Assembly: GCA_002269645.1 (NCBI GenBank)
Contig: NIVC01000401.1
Span: 238,623-302,622, forward strand
DNA from: Macrostomum lignano
Lineage: Eukaryota
Length of the DNA: 64,000 nucleotides
Reading direction: 5' to 3'
The notes beneath the pieces are model-generated. The model made no database searches. It worked only from the letters and a program-made list of their open reading frames with translations, and had not been told where the DNA came from. Positions 28,920-41,110 of this stretch are shown piece after piece; the first letter of the stretch is position 1; every line of letters starts with the position of its first letter. The position numbers and the translations under genes are program-made.

Positions 28920-30935
28920 TGAGAGTCTCAGACTCAGCAATACTGGAGTCTGCTCGGTGACACTAGGTGTCTCAGACTCAGCAACACTGAGAGTCTGCTC
29001 AGTGACACTGAGAGTCTCAGACTCAGCAACACTGAGAGTCTGCTCAGTGACACTGAGAGTCTCAGACTCAGCAACACTGAGAGTCTGCTCAGTGACACCG
29101 AGAGTCTCAGTCTCAGCAATACTGGAGTCTGCTCAGTGACACTGAGAGTCTCAGACTCAGCAATACTGAGAGTCTGCTCAGTGACACTGAGAGTCTCAGT
29201 CTCAGCAATACTGGAGTCTGCTCAGTGACACTGAGAGTCTCAGACTCAGCAATACTGGAGTCTGCTCAGTGACACTGAGAGTCTCAGTCTCAGCAATACT
29301 GGAGTCTGCTCAGTGACACTGAGAGTCTCAGTCTCAGCAATACTGGAGTCTGCTCAGTGACACTGAGAGTCTCAGACTCAGCAATACTGGAGTCTGCTCA
29401 GTGACACCGAGAGTCTCAGTCTCAGCAATACTGGAGTCTGCTCAGTGACACTGAGAGTCTCAGTCTCAGCAATACTGGAGTCTGCTCAGTGACACCGAGA
29501 GTCTCAGTCTCAGCAATACTGGAGTCTGCTCAGTGACACCGAGAGTCTCAGTCTCAGCAATACTGGAGTCTGCTCAGTGACACCGAGAGTCTCAGTCTCA
29601 GCAATACTGAGAGTCTGCTCAGTGACACTGAGAGTCTCAGACTCAGCAACACTGAGAGTCTGCTCAGTGACACTGAGAGTCTCAGACTCAGCAATACTGG
29701 AGTCTGCTCAGTGACACTGAGAGTCTCAGTCTCAGCAATACTGGAGTCTGCTCAGTGACACTGAGAGTCTCAGTCTCAGCAATACTGGAGTCTGCTCAGT
29801 GACACCGAGAGTCTCAGTCTCAGCAATACTGGAGTCTGCTCAGTGACACCGAGAGTCTCAGTCTCAGCAATACTGGAGTCTGCTCAGTGACACCGAGAGT
29901 CTCAGTCTCAGCAATACTGAGAGTCTGCTCAGTGACACTGAGAGTCTCAGACTCAGCAACACTGAGAGTCTGCTCAGTGACACTGAGAGTCTCAGTCTCA
30001 GCAATACTGGAGTCTGCTCAGTGACACTGAGAGTCTCAGTCTCAGCAATACTGGAGTCTGCTCAGTGACACTGAGAGTCTCAGTCTCAGCAATACTGGAG
30101 TCTGCTCAGTGACACCGAGAGTCTCAGTCTCAGCAATACTGAGAGTCTGCTCAGTGACACTGAGAGTCTCAGACTCAGCAACACTGAGAGTCTGCTCAGT
30201 GACACTGAGAGTCTCAGTCTCAGCAATACTGGAGTCTGCTCAGTGACACTGAGAGTCTCAGTCTCAGCAATACTGGAGTCTGCTCAGTGACACTGAGAGT
30301 CTCAGTCTCAGCAATACTGGAGTCTGCTCAGTGACACCGAGAGTCTCAGTCTCAGCAATACTGGAGTCTGCTCAGTGACACCGAGAGTCTCAGTCTCAGC
30401 AATACTGAGAGTCTGCTCAGTGACACTGAGAGTCTGCTCAGTGACACTGAGAGTCTGCTCAGTGACACTGAGAGTCTCAGTCTCAGCAATACTGAGAGTC
30501 TGCTCAGTGACACCGAGAGTCTCAGTCTCAGCAATACTGAGAGTCTGCTCAGTGACACTGAGAGTCTCAGTCTCAGCAATACTGGAGTCTGCTCAGTGAC
30601 ACCGAGAGTCTCAGTCTCAGCAATACTGGAGTCTGCTCAGTGACACCGAGAGTCTCAGTCTCAGCAATACTGAGAGTCTGCTCAGTGACACTGAGAGTCT
30701 CAGTCTCAGCAATACTGAGAGTCTGCTCAGTGACACCGAGAGTCTCAGTCTCAGCAATACTGAGAGTCTGCTCAGTGACACTGAGAGTCTCAGTCTCAGC
30801 AATACTGAGAGTCTGCTCAGTGACACCGAGAGTCTCAGTCTCAGCAATACTGAGAGTCTGCTCAGTGACACTGAGAGTCTCAGTCTCAGCAATACTGGAG
30901 TCTGCTCAGTGACACTGAGAGTCTCAGTCTCAGCA
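28920..30935 (+). repeat. 44/45-bp minisatellite with an internal palindrome
   Basis: Unit GAGTCTGCTCAGTGACACTGAGAGTCTCAGTCTCAGCAATACTG, containing CTCAGTG-A-CACTGAG. Confidence 0.97.
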
Positions 30936-31078
30936 GACTAGCAGCTATGATTGATTTTTTACCCATTATGTCCTAAGCAGATACACTGCTTGTACATGTG
31001 TTTCAGTCACGCCATCACCATCACAGCCAGCAGCAGCAGCGCCCCAATGAACCAGGCTTACAACGCGACCATCGCAGC

Positions 31079-34000
31079 ATGAGCGGGGGCGGCGGCGGTC
31101 ATGAGCCGGCGGCGTCAGCTGGGGACTCCGCCGTGGCCCAGAAGCAGCAGCAACAACACCTGACTGACTTATCCGCGCATGCTTCAACACCGCGACGGCC
31201 TTGGGGCCACAGGCGGATGCACAGCTGTCCGACTGTGCCTCATCAGTTCGGCGCGCTCAGTCTAGTCAGCCTCACTCCCACGGCGGCGTCGCGGTCTCCG
31301 TCTCTGAAGCAGCATCATCAGCCGCATCATCCGCATCATCAGTACTATCAGAAGCATCGCCGGCTTCCGTCTGCTCACCTGCCGGCCACCAGCGGCGTGG
31401 GCAGTCACGCTCACCTGGCCTCGTTGCAGCCAGCCCGCCGCTCCTCGCAACCGTCCAAGCCGTCCGGCCCTGTCGACGAATCGTCGTCGCCAGCCGTCGA
31501 AGAAGAAGAAGACGACGACGAGGATGCGTTTGCGGACTCGTCCGGGCCGGCCGGGTCAGCCGGCACCCAGTGCGGCTGGTTCTGCTACCGGCCAGCCTGT
31601 CTGCAGCCCCTGGCCCGGCCAGTGCCATTCGCGATTGCCGTTATAGGCTTGTACTTTGTCCAAAGCTTTATAGTTAGCGGCTATATCAATAGCATCAATA
31701 CCACTATTGAGCTGAGGTACGGCCTGTCTACTAGAGAAATTGGCTACATCTATGCGTCTTATGAGGTTACCTGCATTCTGGCTACATTCCTTATCTCTTA
31801 TTTCGGTCACGGTCGCAATCGTGCCCAGCTTCTTGGCGCTGGCTGCCTCATCATTGCTATTGGCTATCTGCTGTTCGCTTTCCCGCACTTTCTTGGCACC
31901 TCAATTTCGAATAATGTTCGGAATTTAACCGACGGCGGACCCGATGGTCTTTGCCCGGCGTCGGCTGCCGCAGCGGCGGCGGCGGCGGCTTCAGCGTCAG
32001 CGGTGGCGGCACTGCCGGTGGTTGAGCTTCGACCGGACTGTCAGGTGCAAAACTCTGCCCTGCTCATCTTATGCATCAGCTTTGCACTAGTTGGCCTCGG
32101 TGCCAGCCCAGTGTACATCCTTGCGCCCACCTACCTGTGGGACAATGTGCCCCAGCACAGCTATCCCGTGTACGCCGCCTCTCTGCACATCACTAGCGCT
32201 CTTGGTCCCGCCTGCGGATTCCTAGGCGGAGCCGTGTTCCTATCGATGTACGTGAACTACCCGCTGGAGCCGCCGGAGAACCTGCACTCCAGCCATCCGC
32301 TGTGGACGGGGGCCTGGTGGATGGGGTTCCTAGTGTTTGCCGGCCTGGCAGTTCTGGTTGCCGTGCCACTCCTGGCGTTCCCAACTGCTCTGCCGCCGGC
32401 TAGACGGGCCAAGCGGAACAATCGCCGTCCAGATACTGCTGCTGCTGCTGCTGCTGCCGCTGTTGTTGACGGGGACACGCCAGCGACGGCGGTGACTGCC
32501 GTAGCAACGCCGGCGGACCTGATGATGGAGCCGTCGGCTGCTAACGGCAGCGCCGTTCGCACAGTCGAGATTGTGATGCTGGAGACCAAGCAGGACAAGA
32601 CTGCATCACTTTCCACCACAGCTTCGTCGAGTTCCGCTTTATCTGCTGGCGTACGCAGTGGGGACGGTGGAAGCGGGTGAGCTGATCCTGATTCTCACCT
32701 GAATCTTCTGAAGCTACTGAGATCCTGATTCTCACCTTAATCTCTTCTGAAGACGTTGAGAAATCCTAATTCTCACCTGAATCTCTTCTGAAGCTACTGA
32801 GATCCTGATTCGTACCTGAATCTATTCTGAAGCTACTGAGATCCTGATTCTCACCTGAATCTCTTCTGATGCTACTGAGATCCTGATTCTCACCTGAATC
32901 TCTTCTGAAGACGTTGAGAAATCCTGATTCTCACCTGAATCTCTTCTGAAGCTACTGAGATCCTGATTCTCACCTGAATCTCTTCTGAAGACGTTGAGAA
33001 ATCCTGATTCTCACCTGAATCTCTTCTGAAGCTACTGAGATCCTGATTCTCACCTGAATCTCTTCTGAAGCTACTGAGATCCTGATTCGCACCTGAATCT
33101 ATTCTGAAGCTACTGAGATCCTGATTCTCACCTGAATCTCTTCTGATGCTACTGAGATCCTGATTCTCACCTGAATCTCTTCTGAAGACGTTGAGAAATC
33201 CTGATTCTCACTTGAATCTCTTCTGAAGCTACTGAGATCCTGATTCTCACCTGAATCTCTTCTGAAGACGTTGAGAAATCCTGATTCTCACCTGAATCTC
33301 TTCTGAAGCTACTGAGATCCTGATTCTCTCCTGAATCTCTTCTGAAGCTACTGAGATCCTGGTCCTTACCCAATGTCACCGCTTGATCACCCCATCAATC
33401 TGATCTCCGATCCCAGCAAGCTGATCCCCTATCCATCAAGCTGATCCCCGATCCCATCAATCTGATCCCCGATCCATCAATCTGATCCCCGATCCCATCA
33501 ATCTGATCCCCGATCCCATCAATCTGATCCCCGATCCATCAATCTGATCCCCGATCCCATCAATCTGATCCCCGATCCCATCAAGCTGATCCCCGATCCA
33601 TCAAGCTGATCCCCGATCCCATCAAGCTGATCCCCGATCCATCAAGCTGATCCCCGATCCATCAAGCTGATCCCCGATCCATCAATCTGATTCCCGATCC
33701 ATCAAGCTGATCCCCGATCCATCAAGCTGATTAACAATGCATACAATTTGAAGCATAAATTTTCAACCTGTCCCTGGCAACAATCCCATCCTGTGCAGTT
33801 CGCAGCCGCGCATCCGTGACATCCCTGCCGGTCTGGCTCGCCTGTTCAACAACCCGCTGTGGCTGTTTATCAGCCTGCTAATCGTGGCTGAGCAGTCCGT
33901 AGTGCAAGCCTTTGTCGCCTACGTTAACAAGTACATGCAGAAATCGTTTGGCCTGCCTGTGACCCGATCCAGCATAGTCACCGGCCTGCTAGTCATACCT

Positions 34001-37000
34001 AGCGCCGTTATTGGCATCGGCGCTGGCGCTTTTTTTATGCGCCGTTTTCGGCCCAGCAGTCGCGCGGTCAGCCTCACCATGATGGGGCTGTGCGTTAGCA
34101 CCACCCTGCTCACTACCGGCCTAGTGCTATGCACCTGCAGCAATATCCAGTTAGCCGGCCTCACTGCCGGATATCCCGCTGCCGTCGATCCGCCCAAGCT
34201 AGTTTCGTCCGGCGCTTCTGGCCTGTCCGATCCGGTTCCACCTCAGTTGAACGCCACCTGCAATGCCAGGTGCGCCTGCAGCGACGCTAACTACGATCCC
34301 GTCTGCGACTTGGTGAGAACTCCTCAGCATCGCCTGCTGACCATTTTGTCTGAATTTAGAATCGCCCTCTATCCCTTCGGTTTCTTTAAAACGCCTCTCT
34401 CCTTCGATTTCTTAGAATCTCCCTCTCCCTTCGGTTTTTTAAAAATCGATTTTCTCCCTCCCGATTTCTTAGAATCTCCTTGTCCCTTTCGATTCTTAGA
34501 ATCGCACTCTCATTTTCGGTTTCTTAGAATCGCCCCCTACGATTTCTTAGAATCGCCCTCTCCCGTTCGATTTCTCAGAATCGCCCTCTTTCCTTCGATT
34601 TCTTAGAATCGCCCTCTCCCGTTCGATTTCTTAGAATCGCCTTCTCCCGTTCGATTTCTTAGAATCGCCCTCTCCCGTTCGATTTCTTAGAATCACCCTC
34701 TTCACTTCGATTTCTTAGAATCACCCTCTTCCGTTCGATTTCTTAGAATCGCACTCTCCCGTTCGATTTCTTAGAATCGCACTCTCCCGTTCAATTTCTT
34801 AGGAGCGCTTTCTCCCTGCCTTCAATCACTATCCTTATATTAAGCTGCTAGCCGTATAATCATTTATATGTTAGCCCTATACTAGGCAGCTTTTTATGTA
34901 GCCTCCGTTTTGTGTTTTCACGCCCCTGTCTGCGCTCTGTAAATCGACCGAAGAAGTAAACAGCCTAGGGCTAGTTAGTGCGTTAGCTGTATAATGTCAC
35001 AATGCTGTGCACACTTTTATATCCTTATAACTCCTTAATACCCTAATCCTAGCGGCTTATTCTGAAGCCGATTCTGCTGCCAGGCCAAACTGATTCGCTT
35101 TGCATTTAAATCCGGATGGTATTGGCTTAGGAACAGGTTGCGGATTATGCGCATGCCCAAGAAGGTTCATACGACTCTGGCAGCGTGTGGAATCTCCTTC
35201 TCTCGATTTCTCTTGCTGTCTCTCTCCCTCTCCTCTCCCTCTCGCTCCCCCCTTCTCTCCCTCTTCCTCTCCCTCTTTCTCTACCTCGCCTTCTCTCCCT
35301 CTCTCCCTCTTTCTCCCGCTCTCTCCCTATTCCTCTTTCTTCTCTTTATCCCTCTCTCCCGTTGAAAACGTTACCATGACAAGAATCGCTAAGAGTCATT
35401 GCAAACAACTCTAGTGACTCTAGTGCGTCTGGGGCGACTCTTGTGACTTTTTAACAACTCAAACGCGTCACGTGAGTTATAGAAGCGCTAAAGAGTCACG
35501 AAAAAAGTCGTTGAATAATCGTTGTGCTGGCGCTTAACTTCCTACAACTCAGTAGGCTAGTTGAAGTGTAATTAAGGTTTCAATAGGCTAAAACTGAGTG
35601 TTCCTTGCCCGATGAAAACAGTGTCTAGGCCAAGAAGCGTCCCGGAGTCACTTGCGTCGCCCTAAAGTCGTTTCCTTTGAGATTACCCTAAAGAGCAGGT
35701 CAAATAGGAAAGAAGTGATTCTAAATGACTCTAAAACGACTGCGGCGTTCTGCAGTCGCTAAAAAGTTGCAGAAGAAGCGCTCTTGCGTCACTGTACAAT
35801 CTTTAGTGCATCACTTCTGAGTCGATGAGCATCGCCCAGAAATTTCGATTTATGTCTGTTTAAGGGAGGTAGTAACGACTCTGTAGCGCGTCCAGAGCGC
35901 CTCAGAAGTGACTCACCAACCATTCTACAGTGACGCAAGCTGAGATCCTGAAATGCTGAGATGCTGAAAGGCCGGAAATGTGACTGAAACACAACTCAGT
36001 GACTCTAATGCGACTCTGGAACGCCTCAAATACAACTGTGCAGCCCCAGAATCGTCATACCGTCGCCCCAGAGGCGCTAGAGTCGCCCCAGAATAGTTTC
36101 AGAGTCGCAGACAATAAAACGCTTCAAAGTGATTCTGTGGCGACGACTTGGCGACTTTTTAGCGACTTGTACCGTGACATCTCGTCGTTCTAAAGTCGTT
36201 TAGAATCACTTCTTTCCTATTTTCTTTCTCTCCCTTCTTCTTCATAATAGCCCCGACAAATAAAATGCAATATTCTAAATATCGGCACTTTGTTCAGAAA
36301 TCTGTGCTACAGTGTCAGTGCTTTGGGGGTTGAAGACTCTTTCCTCTCTCCCTCTTCCTCTTCCTCTTTCTCTCCCTATCCCTCGCTGTACCTCCCTCTC
36401 CCTCTCTTTCTCTATCTCCCTCTTTCTCTCCCCCTCTCTCTCTTTCTCTCTCTAAGCAAAAATGCTAAGCGATAAAAGAATATCAAAAGCAGGATATATG
36501 CGAACTCTTGAAGTTAACAGAAAATTTATCTAACTTTCTTAACTTCCTCACCAAATGCTGTCGTGCTTCCTGACCTGTTGGTAACTAAACTAGCAGAACA
36601 TGAATAAAAGATGTAGCGAAAATTTATTTATATCGTCTAAAACGCGCATAACCTGCTACATATGCGGATATCCTGAAGGTCCTTGTCTATTGCTTGATGA
36701 CTAATTCACCAGTTCACTGTCAAGCAGACACTTTCTGCGAGATAGGAGAGAAAGAGTGTGGAAAGAGAGAGAGAGTTGCTACTTGCACCCAATTCCTCGG
36801 GGTCAATAACAGCTGGAGGTTATATTTCAAGGTCACACGAGAGACGTACGTGCTACTTCCACTTATATTGCTACTAAAAGCGCAATAAACGTTCGAGTTT
36901 TAGTTTTGTTAAAGCACAAATTTTACGATTCTGCATCTCTTCTGAAATTTTCCAGATTAAACTGCTTGAAGAGAACGAATTGGCTTCGTTTAAATAGTCC

Positions 37001-38975
37001 GTTTCATATCCCAACTTATTTAATCTGAAAGTTTCATACGGTGGTGACCGCCCACTGTAGGTTGGGGAAGTGGGGAATGGCGGTGGCTGCCCACTGTAGG
37101 TTGGGGAAGTGGGGAATGGTGGTGACCGCCCACTGTAGGTTGGGGAAGTGGGGAATGGCGGTGGCTGCCCACTGTAGGTTGGGAAAGTGGGGAATGGCGG
37201 TGGCTGCCCACTGTAGGTTGGGGAAGTGGGGAATGGCGGTGGCTGCCCACTGTAGGTTGGGGAAGTGGGGAATGGCGGTGGCTTCCCACTGTAGGTTGGG
37301 GAAGTGGGGAATGTTGGTGGCTGCCCACTGTAGGTTGGGAAAGTGGGGAATGGCGGTGGCTGCTCACTGTAGGTTGGGGAAGTGGGGAATGGCGGTGGCT
37401 GCTCACTGTAGGTTGGGGAAGTGGGGAATGGCGGTGGCTGCTCACTGTAGGTTGGGGAAGTGGGGAATGGCGGTGGCTGCTCACTGTAGGTTGGGGAAGT
37501 GGGGAATGGCGGTGGCTTCCCACTGTAGGTTGGGGAAGTGGGGAATGGCGGTGGCTGCCCACTGTAGGTTGGGGAAGTGGGGAATGGCGGTGGCTTCCCA
37601 CTGTAGGGTGGGGAAGTGGGGAATGGCGGTGGCTGCCCACTGTAGGTTGGGGAAGTGGGGAATGGCGGTGGCTGCCCACTGTAGGGTGGGGAAGTGGGGA
37701 ATGGCGGTGGCTGCCCACTGTAGGTTGGGGAAGTGGGGAATGGCGATGGCTGCCCACTGTAGGTTGGGGAAGTGGGGAATGGCGGTTGCTGCCCACTGTA
37801 GGTTGGGGAAGTGGGGAATGGCGGTGGCTGCCCACTGTAGGTTGGGGAAGTGGGGAATGGCGATGGCTGCCCACTGTAGGTTGGGGAAGTGGGGAATGGC
37901 GGTGGCTTCCCACTGTAGGTTGGGGAAGTGGGGAATGGCGGTGGCTGCCCACTGTAGGTTGGGGAAGTGGGGAATGGCGGTGGCTTCCCACTGTAGGTTG
38001 GGGAAGTGGGGAATGGCGGTGGCTGCCCACTGTAGGTTGGGGAAGTGGGGAATGGCGATGGCTGCCCACTGTAGGTTGGGGAAGTGGGGAATGGCGGTGG
38101 CTGCCCACTGTAGGTTGGGGATAGCAGTGGCCACTTAATGACCCCGGGACTCTAGCTGTTACTTACAGTTACTAGCATGTTTTACGCTATAACTTGCTGA
38201 CAATTCGCTGCCTACGAACGCTCAGGCGACCGGGGTCAGCTACTACAGCCCTTGCCACGCCGGCTGCACCAATCGAACGCTTCGTCAGCAGCCAAAGTCG
38301 ACTTCGCCGACAACAGCGGCAGAGGCGGCGGCGGCTGCTGCCGCATTCGCGTCGGGCATCAACGCGGCCCAGTGGAACTACACCGCCTGCTCGTGCGTCC
38401 CGCTGCAGCAGCCGGCAGGCGGATTGCGCAATCGCCATGCTGGCATCGGCGGCGGCGGTATCGTGTCGAGCGGCAAATGTGACAACACCTGCACAACCTT
38501 TGTGCCATTCTGCATATTATTATTTATTATAGTACTGCTGACCGCCTGCGGCTACGAGCCCTGTCACATTCTCACTCTGTCCTGCGTGTCCGAGTCCGAC
38601 TCCAGTTTTGCCCTGGGCATGCAGAATGTGCTGCACCGCCTGCTAGCATTTATACCGGCGCCAATCTATTTTGGCAGCCTGTTCGATTCCACCTGCCTGC
38701 TGCGGGCGAACGACGGCTCGACGTGCGACAGGGCCAATGGGGCCTGCACAGAGTACGACCTGAGCCGCCTGCCCTACATGTGGATTGGCGTCATTCTGGC
38801 GCTTAAATTGCTCGGCTTCCTGTTCGCCAGCGCGTCGTATTTCTCTTGCCGCTCTGCCGCGGCGACCGCCGAGAGGCCAGCTGGCGCCGCTACTGACCAT
38901 GCTGGCGGCACAGCGCCTGCTGATGTTGAAGCCTCCTCTCCAGCCGCTGCTGCAGCGGACAGTCCAACTGTCTGA
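31079..38975 (+). CDS. SLCO: Organic anion transporting polypeptide (OATP/SLCO, MFS). Exons 31079-32676, 33799-34312, 38226-38975
   Basis: OATP motifs: CGWFCYRPACLQ, ITTIELRYGLS, YFGHGRNRAQLLGAG, WTGAWWMGF, a Kazal-like domain spliced across intron 2 (CNARCACSDANYDPVCDL|ATGVSYYSPCHAGC), and ALGMQNVLHRLLAFIPAPIYFGSLFDSTC. Junction phases (2 and 0) are compatible. The start codon is uncertain because the frame is open from 30998. Confidence 0.93.
32690..33360 (+). repeat. 39/41-bp minisatellite (OATP intron 1)
   Basis: Unit GAGATCCTGATTCTCACCTGAATCTCTTCTGAAGCTACT. Confidence 0.95.
33385..33730 (+). repeat. 20/21-bp minisatellite (OATP intron 1)
   Basis: Unit GATCCCCGATCC(C)ATCAA(G/T)CT. Confidence 0.95.
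34355..34800 (+). repeat. 28-bp minisatellite (OATP intron 2)
   Basis: Unit GATTTCTTAGAATCGCCCTCTCCCGTTC. Confidence 0.93.
35369..36180. mobile_element. MITE-like element with long imperfect inverted repeats
   Basis: TCTGGGGCGACTCT (35428-35441) is the exact reverse complement of 36079-36092. 35416-35438 and 36062-36084 match at 21/23 as inverted repeats. The outer ends GTTACCATGACAAGAATCGCTAAGAGTC and GACTTTTTAGCGACTTGTACCGTGAC are inverted-similar. No TSD was identified. Confidence 0.55.
37040..38130 (+). repeat. 39-bp G-rich minisatellite, about 28 copies
   Basis: Unit GGTGGCTGCCCACTGTAGGTTGGGGAAGTGGGGAATGGC. Confidence 0.97.
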
Positions 38976-39404
38976 TTATCACTTTTTACTGTCCCAGTTT
39001 GTTTTAAGTTTCCTGATGACGCGTTCTGTGCGTGCAATTTAATCAAATCAATTATGTCTATGCAAAACTATAGTGCAAAACTAGAAATTTCAAGCTGCAC
39101 TCTCCCACAGACTGCAGGCGAAGCCAGCTGTCTTGGTTAAAAGACAATCAAGCATTGATGAAGGAATGTCTTTGATTGCTCATCTGCGAAATGTCTGTGG
39201 CCTCGACTCAACCCTATCATCTAAATCGAAATCATCCAAATCATTTTCGGTTGAAGACTTTTAAATGTTCATTTCAGTATAGAAATGTTTGTATTGAAGA
39301 GCAAATCTATGAGTTTGATAATCTATGATAAATAGGGATATCGAATCGTACGCAGTGAGATTGTCTTTATTTCCCCCATGTAATTACGAAACAACGCTTT
39401 GTAC

Positions 39405-39860
39405 CGGTACATTAGGGAGTTGCTCCGGAGTGTATGTACATTAGAGGTAGGAGTTGCTCCGGAGTGTACATACATTAGGGGTAGGAGTTGCTCCGGAGCG
39501 TATGTACATTAGGGATAGAAGTTGTTCCTGAGTGAATGTACATTAGGGTAGGAGTTGCTCCGGAGTGTATGTACATTAGAGGTAGGAGTTGCTCCGGAGT
39601 GTACGTACATTAGGGATAGGAGTTGCTCCGGAGCGTATGTTCATTAGGGGTAGGAGTTGCTCCGGAGTGTACGTACATTAGGGGTAGGAGTTGCTCCGGA
39701 GCGTATGTTCATTAGGGGTAGGAGTTGCTCCGGAGCGTATGTACATTAGGGGTAGGATTTGTTCCGGAGCGAATGTACATTAGGGATAGAAGTTGTTCCT
39801 GAGTGAATGTACATTAGGGGTAGGAGTTTCTCCGGAGTGTATGTACATTAGGCCTAGAGA
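39405..39860 (+). repeat. 34-bp minisatellite, left arm of an inverted pair
   Basis: Unit GTACATTAGGGGTAGGAGTTGCTCCGGAGTGTAT. Confidence 0.93.
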
Positions 39861-40584
39861 TTTTTAATGGAATCTTTGGCTTCATTGTCTATGGCCGAGT
39901 GTAGTTCTGTGGCAAGCGGCTGCTGCTGCTGCAGCGAATGGCGATTCTCCACTTAATCGGCAGCTTTATTATCAAGGTCAATGACCGAAGCAGTGTGAAT
40001 GCAGTTAATCGATGGGATCAATCAGCTTACTCCCGTCAGTGCCAATGCTAACAAAGACTCTTAGCTAGGCCATTGGTTGAGCACCAATGAGCTAATTATA
40101 GTAGCTTTTTACTACTTGTGCGCGTTACAGTCTTGTATTTGTTAAATCTATATCAGGGTGTGTTTCTCTACTAGTATTATTGCAGTCTTTTGTTTAAAAA
40201 TCGTATTAATAATAGGCGCACGCTTTTGCATTATGTTTTACAATAGTTTTGAGTCAGAAGAAAAATAATATAGTCGTAATCGATATAGAAACTTATGGCA
40301 ATCTGTTTAATGAAATCTGTTTTTCGCAGAATCCTCCACTTTTATTTATTGTTTCCTGCTTATTTTCAACCGCACTTTTACTCCGTGTCAGTTCTAGAAT
40401 CGGTCCTTTTTATTGTTTTTTCTGCCGGACTGCATGCATGCTAGAATTTTGTTCGGCTGCAAGGTTGGTTTGATTTCAATATCGAAGTCTTCTGTCTGTG
40501 AAAATTTTAAATATCACTATACTAAAATTACAACACCATCCCGCCAGTACTATTGAAGAAATTATATCTGCCCGATAACCCGAA

Positions 40585-41110
40585 TGTACATTCGCTCAAA
40601 AGCTACCCTTACATACACATGTACATACACTCCGGAGCAACTCCTACCCCTAATGTACATACACTCCGGAGCAACTCCTACCCCTAATCTACACACGCTC
40701 CGGAGCAACTCCTACCCCTAATCTACACACGCTCCGGAGCAACTCCTACCCCTAATCTACACACGCTCCGGAGCAACTCCTACCCCTAATCTACACACGC
40801 TCGGAGCAACTCCTACCCCTAATCTACACACGCTCGGAGCAACTCCTACCCCTAATCTACACACGCTCGGAGCAACTCCTACCCCTAATCTACACACGCT
40901 CGGAGCAACTCCTACCCCTAATCTACACACGCTCCGGAGCAACTCCTACCCCTAATCTACACACGCTCCGGAGCAACTCCTACCCCTAATCTACACACGC
41001 TCCGGAGCAACTCCTATCCCAAATGTACATACGCTCCGGAGCAAATCCTACCCCTAATGTACATACACTCCGGAGCAACTTCTACCCTCACCGCTAATGT
41101 ACATCACTCG
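40585..41110 (-). repeat. 33/34-bp minisatellite, right arm (reverse complement of the 39405-39860 unit)
   Basis: + strand unit CTCCGGAGCAACTCCTACCCCTAATCTACACACG. Confidence 0.93.

Noticed and set aside
23862-30935. Long regular arrays that superficially resemble CRISPR
   Set aside because: There are no unique spacers and no cas genes, the units are head-to-tail, and the context is eukaryotic.
36770-36820. CCC-AATTCCTC-GGG motif resembling an HDV ribozyme P3/L3
   Set aside because: The P1 and P2 pairings could not be formed.
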